Shown here: positions 38,439 through 47,878 of the stretch, piece by piece
Position numbering within the stretch: position 1 is the first letter of the stretch
Layout of the letters: the number at the start of each line of letters is the position of its first letter
NCBI GenBank assembly: GCA_004431415.1
Contig: QPMI01000668.1
Span: forward strand, 1 to 64,000
Reading direction: 5' to 3'
DNA: 64,000 nucleotides
Source of the DNA: Cyanophora paradoxa CCMP329
Lineage: Eukaryota; Plantae; Glaucophyta
Translations under genes and position numbers: made by a program
The notes under the pieces: model-generated
What the model saw: only the letters and a program-made list of their open reading frames with translations
What the model was told of the DNA's origin: nothing
Database searches by the model: none

Positions 38439-38662
38439 GCACGCTCTCATTTCCACGTCCCCTTCCAACCCTCATCCACCCCGTGCACTCCCGAAGCCAT
38501 CGCCCCCCCCACCCTCCCCCCCCCCCTCCCCCTTCCCTTTCAACCTGACAGGGCCTGTTCCCTACCGTCCTGTATCTATCATCCTGTGCTCACAATATAC
38601 AGTTATATTCGAATTCACATAGCAGAGTCCACGTATTCAATTCCATATACCAAGGTCCATTA

Positions 38663-39301
38663 CTACAAGAACATATCTAAAATTTTCTGGACTTCCTTCA
38701 TCTTAGAAACTGCCGACTCGGAATCACTGCTGCCTCTGTTCAACACACGTTGAATGAGCTGTAGCGTCCTAATAGCCGCGTCGCCCTCGTCAGGATCGTA
38801 TTCCCGCGTGCTCTCCGCCATCTCCAAAACTTCTCCGTGATATCTTTTGGCCCAAGTCCATGCTTCGTCCACCTTGATTCTCACGGGGCAAGACTTGCCA
38901 CAATTGCGCCAGCTGAGAAAGTCGGCACAGCACCACACAATCCGATCTCCGGCCAGCGCCTCACAGGCACCAATAGCAGCTCGTAAGGCAGCTATATCAG
39001 ACTTTTCCTCTAAGGCTGCATGAAACTTGGCTTGTGCAACTTCTCGTCTGGCATCTTCAGGCCTGTTGCCAGGATGCATTTCCCCAGGCGCCAACGCTGG
39101 AAGCACAGAGTCGAAATGGAATCGCTGACGATGGCTTATCTCCCAATCGAAGCCACTTCTACTCTCCATCATCGCTGTTTGCTTCTTCCTGGTCTTCCTT
39201 TTTCCCGCGACTGCTCCATCGCCGAGCGCAGCAACTGCATCTGCAGTACCGGTAGATGAGCTCCCTTCCCGAGGCGACGACATGTCTAGCAGCCTCTGCA
39301 A
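38663..39301 (-). CDS. Orphan protein X2; paralog of X1
   Basis: RFHFDSVLPALAPGEMHPG..AKFHAAL..EALAGDRIVWCCAD..CGKSCPVRIKVDEAW versus X1 RLQFDSECPPLGDGDVHPG..AKFQQAM..EALAGERLVWCCAD..CGKSCPVKVKLDDAW. Confidence 0.7.
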   Translation of the reverse strand: MQRLLDMSSPREGSSSTGTADAVAALGDGAVAGKRKTRKKQTAMMESRSGFDWEISHRQRFHFDSVLPALAPGEMHPGNRPEDARREVAQAKFHAALEEKSDIAALRAAIGACEALAGDRIVWCCADFLSWRNCGKSCPVRIKVDEAWTWAKRYHGEVLEMAESTREYDPDEGDAAIRTLQLIQRVLNRGSSDSESAVSKMKEVQKILDMFL

Positions 39302-39800
39302 GAGCGAAGTCCGGAAAGATAGGGGTACAGCCTACATTCCCGGACCCGTGGAAGCCAGCCCAAGCGCTACACGAACAGCTCGTGGCACCATTCATAGCGC
39401 GCTCAACCGCCGTCGCAATCTCCAGCTAGGACAGCCCACCGCCTTACGCGAAGCAACGCGTACAGTGCTCGACGCTGGCCTTCGCCAGCGCCAGCGCCAG
39501 CGAAGTCTCGCCGGGAGGAGCGGAGGCGTGGTGGGCGGCGGAGCGGCTCGCCGTCCGGAGCCCGAAGCATCGGCGCAGCGGGCAGCGCACGGCGCCTGCT
39601 CGAAGGAGAGGGCGACGCGGCGCGGCGGGGCGGCTGGCTGCGGCGGGGCTCTCCAGCTCCGAACTACCGCTCGGCTCACCTTCGCAGCGTGCTCCTTACC
39701 CCAGCTCAAGGTAAGCATGATCAGAACCGATCCGCTCCTGCCATATAAGGAAGCACACCTCCTAACTTTAAACGTGTCATCAGGATCCGCCTACTAGCGC

Positions 39801-40582
39801 ATGGCGAGAACAAAAGCGTGCGGTGGGATCTCACCTGGGATGTTCAGGGGGACGATGCAGCGGATCGACCAGCCCAATGACTATAGAGGACCGATCCGTG
39901 ACTATAGTCGCTTCTCCGACGTAACTACGCTTATGCGAGACACCCCGCCTGTTGATCGCATCAGAATCGTTCAAGATGGAACAGTTCTGCAGCGATTCCT
40001 GCAAATCGAACCTATCCACGTCTTCAGGCCATGGAACGACGGACGTGAATTCGGTATTTCCCCTATTTGCCCCTACACTTCTTCTTTTCACGCCTATGAC
40101 ACTCGCCAGCTACCTCTCGGGCACGAGATGCTAAAATCCGTCTGCCTCTGTCGTGCATATACGCAAACGAACGCATCCGAGTGCCAGTTCAATCCGTGTA
40201 CTGCGTTCACCCGCACGTACGTGGTCTCAATCTCATCATCACATTCCAATTCCCTTATCCCTCACCAGTGTTTCGATTTCAACGAGCACTTGATATACTC
40301 CCTCCATAACGAAGATTGGTAAGCTGTTCGTTCTGCACTCGTGATCACACTGAATACCAATAGGATCTGCCCATTCGAATTCTGCCAGAGACAAGCGGGT
40401 CTTCATGATCTCATCATTGACGAGTTCTTCGAATCCATCCTTGCCGGGGTATGCACCAAATTTACCTGCACATCTCCTCATACTTGACATCATCAATCCA
40501 GACATCGGATGCAGATCTGGCTGTCGAAATAGACAACACAGGACAATGGCTGCCATGCCCTTCCACCAATCTCACTGAATAG
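39801..40582 (+). CDS. SP-RING (zf-MIZ) SUMO E3-ligase-like protein, copy 3
   Basis: RIRVPVQSVYCVHPH|CFDFNEHL...ICPFEFC...DLIIDEFFESIL...AVEIDNTGQW. Confidence 0.8.
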
Positions 40583-40834
40583 AATACAGTTTCCAAGCAG
40601 GGCCCGACCCCGCCCCGCCCCGCCCCAACGTGCTTCCCGACGCCCCGCTTCCCCTTGCTTCATCCTGCCCCGCCCTTCCCTGCCCCGACCAGCCCAGCTC
40701 CACCTCCCCCCTCCCCCCGCCTTGCCCCCCCCCCCCCCCCCTTCACCTTGAACCCCCTCCCCAACCCACCCCGCAGCTCACACCCCCCTTACTTTTGACC
40801 TGCCCTGCCCTGTGCTCATATTCTGCATATGTAT

Positions 40835-41551
40835 TCAAATCCATTTGTCATACTTCATGTAGTTGTTCACTCGCTTTGCTATCACTTCTAACACATCTTT
40901 CTTGCAAAGCAACGAGGCAGTTCCAAGTTTTTCCAAGACAGTGTCCTTCAGCAGAGGAGACAGATCCTCCTCAGAAGCATGCCGTTTATGACAGGATGCA
41001 CACCTGCATCCTCTACCTACGAAATCAGGAATGTCCACATCAGAGAACAAATCGTGCACGAAGCACATCGTCTCCTCGACTGCGCTCGAGGAACAAGTAC
41101 ACTTAGCATACATCCCAAACCTTCTAAAAGGTACTTCCAAAAGTTACCTGTGGTGCAATGGTGTCGATCGAGCTTCACCAACATGTAGTAACACGAAGTG
41201 TCCATATACCCAGCGACGCTGGAAAAGTCGAGATTGCCACGAACGCTTGGGATTACAGCTGCAACCACACGGGGCATTTAGACAAATCATGACACACGGC
41301 GGAGATTGAAGGCAGTAACCACCTCCAATGGAAGAGACAATGGCAAAATCCCAGACCTCGGAAGGCGGCAGACGACAAAGTACGGGCGGAGATACCATGA
41401 CCCAATCGTCGCTGCCTATAAGAATAGCTGGTAGGAATTCCGATCGACCGTACAGCGGTAAGATGGCTGCCAGGTCACTTCTGGAACAAACGCGCGCTTC
41501 CATCTGCCCAAGGCGGGACCTGAGCTGTGCGAACGCAGAACTCTGCTTCAA
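40835..41551 (-). CDS. Unknown Cys/His-rich protein, multi-exon
   Basis: Overlapping minus-strand ORFs ending CTC...CFVH...CRCASCHKRH. Confidence 0.4.
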
Positions 41552-41920
41552 TCGTTGCCTCTGAACGGCGACTGGTCTTGCGAAATGCCCGGATCTGAGC
41601 TATCCTCAGCGGACGACAACAACCGAACTGTCGTACATACTACGAGAGCACCTTCAGCCGATGAACAGCCGGACCGCCCGGCGGCCTGCAAGTGCAGTAG
41701 CGTCAGGCACCACCGCCATGACGAGATAGAGAGCACGATTGCGCGAATCGAACCTGACGACCTGCAAACCACTGTACTCGCCTCCTCAGCTCCCTCGTGC
41801 GACGGTCGTAACCGCCTGATCCGAACGGCCCACTGCTTCCACCTCGCCGCCGCTCGGTCTCTTCTGCGATTGCAAGGAGAACGAAGTGCACCGTACCCCC
41901 AAATCGGCCGTCTCCGCCCG

Positions 41921-42847
41921 ATGAAGCGGCATTCCGATTCCTCAGAGTCGCATAGCCGCAAAACTCGCTCGATTAAATCAACCGGCAGCAAATTCCGACC
42001 GCTCCGCCCGGCCGAGTTGGCCAGCATCCACGATGGTAGCTGCGCAAGATCCATCCTCACCCTCCGACGTCTGGACAACTATTGGTTCTTCAAATCATTC
42101 GGTGTGTCCCTGCGACGCCCCGATGCGCGCCTCACCAGCAACACCCTTAAATTACGCAGCTAATCCCTGCGCGCCTCATGCCTGTTGCCTTGGCATTCCC
42201 CAGCCATATGGCAGATCGAGACCGGCAACTACGACTGCTTTCCCCCGGAGGACCACGACGCCAGCAAAATTTTTGAAAGAAACATCAAAAAACGCAGCAA
42301 GGGAACCTCGGTCGCTTCGGATACAAGCTCCAGATCTCAGCCTCAGCCATCGTCAAGTGCATCAACCCCTAATTCAAAATCACATGTCGTCACTCTCCTC
42401 GACCCCTCTACGAACGAGCTCATCACGTCAGCAGTGCGATCTAAGCAATGTCCGCACCTAGAGGTGCATTTCTCCACGAACACCGATCTTCCTTTCCGTG
42501 GCCTGATCATCTCATTCGCAGTGTTTCGACCTTCAAACCCACCTGAACACATGCGCTGGCCGCGAACAAGAACTTGACTACTCTAAGCAACTCTGGTAAG
42601 CATTACATTCCGTCATGCCCCCTCTTTCACAGATTTCCCCCTTCAGGGCGTGCCCAGTGCCCGGGTGCACATCTATTGCTACCATTCCAAGCCTCGAACC
42701 CAACTTCTTTCTTCAGTCTATTATAGATGGGGTGCGACCCCCTCCATACGACCTCATCCATGTCTCACACCCCTGCAGTGTGCCCTCACTTCCACCACAT
42801 CAGTACGAATTTACCAAGACGGAACCTGGACACGCTGTGCCCCCTAA
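41921..42847 (+). CDS. SP-RING (zf-MIZ) SUMO E3-ligase-like protein, copy 4
   Basis: VTLLDPSTNELITSAVRSKQCPHLE|CFDLQTHL...ACPVPGC...NFFLQSIIDG...VRIYQDGTW. The N-terminal exon IHDGSCARSILTL..NYWFFK is homologous to the other copies. Confidence 0.75.
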
Positions 42848-42899
42848 GCCATACTCAGAAAAGAGGCACGCTGTAAATTTTTCTTTTCAAACGACCCCA

Positions 42900-43790
42900 C
42901 TAGACAGGCTTCCATTTCCCATCGCGTCCAATTTCTACTGCCTTATGTTCGTCACTAGTCTGTGCATTCGAGAGTCAATACAAAGATCCCTTTCACAAAA
43001 AGAATCGAAAAACAAACCCCGTCAAGTATGGACAGAAAAAACTCGTCGATGATCAAATCCTCAATCTCAGCCCTTGCTCGGCAATCCCTCACAGGGCACA
43101 TCCTGCTCGATATCAAACACCAATCCAATCTAGGAAAAGAGGAGCATACCAGGACCCGCCAGTCAAACACGTCTCCAAGTGGAGATTGAAGTCGAAACAC
43201 TGTCGATCATTGAATACCAGTCCACTGCCATAGCAGACATCACTTACGTCCGGATGATAACAGTAAACAGACTGCGTCGGAACACGGATTCGGGACTCCG
43301 TCCCCGGATGCCGCAGAGACACATCCACCCTCCCATCTTCCTCATTCGCCCCCTCTCCAGTGGCCGCGCGCGCTTCTCCCGGCTCGACTGGCCTATACGA
43401 ACATGCTGCGTGCACATCTCAGCAATAGTCGCATACAGTGATGTACAGCTCGGCGGCGCGGCAAGGCGGGGAGAGCTGGGTCGGAGCGTAGCCGGGGCGC
43501 GGCGAACGAGCCGTGTCGACACTGAGAAGGCCTCGGACTCACTAAAGAGATATGAGCGCACCGTACTCGCGACCTTCCATCCAAATCCGATAGCATGTAC
43601 GATGGCCCAACTCTAGAAACATGCCCAGAACTATCCCCTTACGAATCTTGCCCACAGCCTCCTCTGCCGATAGGCTCCTCAACTCCGTGCTCAAATACTC
43701 CCTAAGATCGCTGAACTCCCCGCGGACCTCCTCCCGCGCGTACGTCCCTCGCCGCTCAGGTCGGCTGCTCGTGCTGCTCCTCGTCGCCAT
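42900..43790 (-). CDS. SP-RING (zf-MIZ) SUMO E3-ligase-like protein, copy 5
   Basis: MATRSS...FLELGHRTCYRIWMEGREYG; VSLRHPGTESRIRVPTQSVYCYHPD|CFDFNLHL...MCPVRDC...DLIIDEFFLSILDG...AVEIGRDGKW. Confidence 0.8.
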
Positions 43791-43924
43791 GCACGATCCC
43801 GACTCTCCGCTGACGACGCTGCTCGATCGGCTGGCACTTCTGCGTTCGCCCCCACTTGCCACCGGCAAGAGGGCACTTGTACCCCGGCCGTGCCACTGCA
43901 GCGGCGCCGCTGCTGAGCGCCGCG

Positions 43925-46803
43925 GCGCCGCTTGCTGCCCTCGCAGGCTTTCCGACATGATGCTTTCCTCGCGTGTGATCCGGGTGGAGCATGTTTTCGT
44001 AGCACGGTCATACGACCTCGTCGGGTCAGGCGACCACTCGGCCAGGTGCACTCAGGCTCGCGAGTACGTCCAAGTACCCGCGGAACAAAAGCTTCAGTAC
44101 GCACCTCGGCTCGAGCACAGCTCGGTGCTGCAAAGGGAATGGCGTTCGTCGGGAGCCCAGCATTGCTGCTCTCTGCAGGCCGAATGGCGCCCGGCCTTGC
44201 CCGCTCAGCGAGGGCGGCGGACGGCTTCGTGAAGACGACTGCGCGTGGCCAGCCGTCTGCGGCCAACACGTTTTTCCAGTTTGTCGGCGAGATGGACGCA
44301 AAGACGCTGGTGGCCACTTTCGAGCAAGGCAGCCGCGCTGCCAGGAACATGTCGTCCATCTTAAGCAAGGCAAAGGGCTTCCTCGCTGGACCCGCCGCCG
44401 TACGTGCGCCGTACGCCGCAGCCAATCTTGCGGTTGACGCGAAGCCCGGCAGGCGGCTCTCATCGACATCCTGCAAGCCGCGGCAACGGGCGGCGCGGTG
44501 ACCTACGTCGCGGTGCGCGCGTGTTCTGGCTTGCATGGTGGCGCAGACGTGGAACTCATGCGCTGGGGACAGTCCGCCGTGGCGCAGGCTCTCCTCCCGC
44601 CGGAGACTCCTTGGCGCGAGGCTATCATCACCGGGGCCTCGGTCGCGGCGGGCGTTGCTGTGAGCGGTGGTTTTTCCCTCGCCATGGCCGGCGGTGTGCG
44701 TGGACTGCTGAAACAATCGTGGAAATTCTTCATCAAGCTCGGCGCCACCATCGTTTCCTCGGTCTCCATGTCCAAGTGCGCCGCTCCGTCCATTCCAGGG
44801 GAGCCGTCGGGCCTGAAGCGGGCGCGTCAGGTGCAGGTTTGTGGACCGCCTTCTCGCCGGCGTCCGCCGGCCGGCGGCGCCGGCGCGCGCCGGCGGAGCG
44901 GGTCCGGAGGAGATCGAGCTCGAGGTGGTGAATCTGCACCCGTACGAGTGCGGCGTGTGCCTGGAGCCGTACGCTTCGGCCGACCCGAACCGCCGGCCCT
45001 GCACGCTCCCTTGCCAGCACGCCTTCTGCCGCCGCTGCCTCCGCGACCTCGGCCGCAAGCGGAACTTCCACTGCCCCGCCTGCCGTGCGGTGGCCGGCGG
45101 GTTTGACTACGCGAACCCGCCCTTCACCCCGTCCCTGTGCGACATGATCGCGGAGCGAGGTGCGCGCGCTGCCGCACTGCACGCCGGGGCGCCTGCAGAC
45201 CGCGCGCTGGGCCCGCCGCAGAGCGGCAGCTGCAGGTCGACCTGGCCGACGTGCATCCCACGCGCCGTGCGCGCTGCGCGGCTCGGCGGGCCTCGCCGGC
45301 GGGCGTGACCGGCGGGGCGCGGGGTGAAGCTGTGCGAGGGGACCCTCAGGGGGCAGCCGGTGGCGCTGGAGTTCCTCGCGGAGGCGGACCCCGCCGCCCG
45401 CCGCCGCCTCCTCCGCAAGGCCCTCCGCATGGCGTGCGCCGCCCCACCGCCCGCGCAGCGCCGCGTGCACGCGCCCCCGTCAGCGGGCGGGGCCGGGGCA
45501 CAGGAACGTGCGGGACCCGCACGTCGCGACGGTGTATGGCGTGGCGGAGGGTGCGGACGGGACGCTGGCGCTGGTGCGCGAGCTCGGGGACCGCAGCGCC
45601 GCGGAGCTCCTCGACTCGCGCGACCTCCCCACGCGGGAGCGCCTCGAGATGGGTGCCCGGCGCGGCGGCGGCGCCCTAGGCCTCGGGGCCGCGCCCCGCT
45701 CACGCCGCCTCCGCGCAGCGCGGCAGCTCCTGCTCGGCCTGCGCGCCGTGCACAAGGAGCGCATCCCGCACAACAACCTGAAGCTCGAGAATGTGCTGCT
45801 CCGCCCCCGCCCGCCCGCCCGCCCGGCATCGAGCTCGGCAGCGGTGCAGATGCGCGCGCTCCGGCCGGCAGGTCTTCGACGCGCCGGACGCTCACGTGCC
45901 CCCGGTCTTTAAGCTCGTCGACCCCGAGCCGGCCGCCCCGGACCACGTCCTCACTTCCGCCGACTGGTCGCAGGCGGACCGGTGCACGCCGGCGGCCCCC
46001 GCCCCAGCCTCCCCACGAAGCTCTCCCTGATCGTCTCGCAGGGCCTCGCTGGCCGCGGACGTGCGCGCGGCGGCGCGCCTGGTCGGGCAGCTGCTCTCGT
46101 GGGCCCCGCGCCCCGCGCCGGCCGGAGAGGCGGCCCCGACGCTGGGGGAGGCCGGCGGGCCGGCGCCCGTCCCCCGCGAGCTCCTCGTCCCCGCCTGTGC
46201 GCCCCGCCGGCCCCGCCCCGCCTCGTCCGAGAGAGCACCGCCCCCGCCCGTGACCGACGGCGCGCAGGGCTCCCCGCCGAGGCCGCCGACGCGCTGCGCC
46301 ACATGCACGCCGCCGGCGCCGGCCCGGACCGCGACCCGGGGCGGAGCCTGGCCGACGCGGCGCTCGCCTTCGCGCGCGCGGCCGGCGCGGCCGCCGCCGC
46401 CGCCGCCGAGGCGGACGCGGAGGCGGCGACGGCGCTGCTGGCGGGCCTCGAGCCGGCCGCCGACGCCGCGGCCGCCGCACGCGTCACGCAGATGACGATG
46501 CTCGCGATGAGCGCCGACCACGAGGCGCAAGGGGCTGCGGCGGCGGCCGCACAGCTGGCGGCCGGCGAGGAGCTGGAGCCCGGCGAGGTGCGAGCAGCCC
46601 CAGCGCGCACTCCGCCCCTCGAGCTCGTCGGGCCGAGCCCACTGGTACCGAGCTTGTTCTCGCGCGCAGGTGCACGCTGCCGCCGCCGCGGCAGTGACGA
46701 AGGCGTTCATCACCCGAGGCGCGCGGGACAGTCAGCGCATCATCGCTACCAATCATGGCCCCGCCGCTCTGGCAGCTTAGACTCGCATTTGGACACGTAC
46801 TAA
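43925..46803 (+). CDS. RING-finger plus kinase-like (probable pseudokinase) protein, multi-exon; 5' end unclear
   Basis: C3HC4 RING ECGVCLEPY...PCTLPCQHAFCRRC...CPAC (~44945-45085), then kinase fold GTLRGQPVALE..HVATVYG..LLLGLRAVH..IPHNNLKLENVLL..FKLVDPE. Confidence 0.7.
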
Positions 46804-47379
46804 AGACGCAGGTCCGGGCTACAAGTGTGGGAATGTACACTGCGGCCGCCGCGGCCGCGGGCCCAGCCAACCAGCGAGCTGGCCGGCCGGGCCCTGCGTG
46901 GCCCCCTAAGGAGAGTAATGCGCCTCCCCGCGGACACTCTGGCTAGCTAAATAGCTAAAGGTGCCCGCACGCGCGGCGTGGTGCTGCATCGCGTCTTGTG
47001 GCGGCGGGGGTCGTCTCAAGGCGGTGGCGGGAGCCCCTACAGGCCCTTGGGGGGGCCCGACATGGAGTCAGCCTGCGCCGGGGGGGGGGCGAAAAGGGGT
47101 CAGATCGATACATCGAACGGTCTCGATATCCAAATCAAAGCGAACGGGGGCGCACTCGCTCCTGATCATGCCAAGAAGAGCGCGACACGCGCCGCGCGGT
47201 GCCCGGGCGCGGTTCGGAGCTTAGACTCAGCTTCCTATGACAGCCGACGGCCGGCTCTCTGGTTCAATATCAATTGCAATGTAGACGGCCCTCTCGACAG
47301 TGTCATTTTTTACACGTTGCAAATTGTGTGATATTCCCGACGTGTACCTCCTCCACGCAATTCAAACCTAGCTAGGCTT

Positions 47380-47878
47380 GCGATCCCTGCGACCCCTCGA
47401 GCTCGAACGAGTCGGCCAGAGACAAATCTAGACCCTCCTCGTCGTCGTCCTCCTCGTCGTCGTCCTCGTCGAAATCGTCCTCCGTGCCCTCGCCTTCGTC
47501 CGACGCGTCGCTCTCCTCGAGCTCCGATATCGATGTCGATTCTTCGCCTCCGGACGCGGCCGCCGCCGCCGCCTCCTGCGAATTTCAAGACTCTGAGAGG
47601 CCGCAGAACTCGAAGAGGCCGCGAAATCGCGACATCCGGCTCGAATTTCGCGCACGCGGGCCTCGCAGTAGCGGTCCCAGGCGGCGTCGAGGGCGCGCGC
47701 CTCTGCCCCGGAGCCGCCCCCGGCGCGGACCTCCAGCTCGACCCGCGCCAGCAGCGCCGCCGAGGCCGCCACGCCCGAGACCAGCGCCGCCGCGCCCCGC
47801 AGCCCCCGCCCGATCGTGAGCCGCACCTGCCGCACCAAGAACACGCGTGTGAGGCCTCGATTGCGAGGCACTGATCAT
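47380..47878 (-). CDS. Small hypothetical protein with acidic tail
   Basis: Exons ALLARVELE..ALDAAWDRYCE and ...DEGEGTEDDFDEDDDEEDDDEE. Confidence 0.35.

Larger units (their letters stand above)
11193..43880 (+). mobile_element. Giant Helitron2/Helentron-like rolling-circle transposon with cargo genes (5' end outside the window)
   Basis: Contains a RepHel gene. GC content is much lower than the flanking host genes and introns are AT-rich throughout. A candidate 3' end (hairpin CTTGCC-ACC-GGCAAG then GGGCACTTG|T) lies at 43855-43880, where GC rises again. Confidence 0.7.

Noticed and set aside
41548-42078. F-box-like motif LLPVDLIERVLRLC on the minus strand
   Set aside because: It is antisense to the first exon of SP-RING copy 4, which is supported by homology to four paralogs.
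11193-43880. Endogenous giant virus or Polinton as the source of the low-GC island
   Set aside because: No capsid, packaging ATPase, PolB or integrase was seen, while RepHel motifs are unambiguous.
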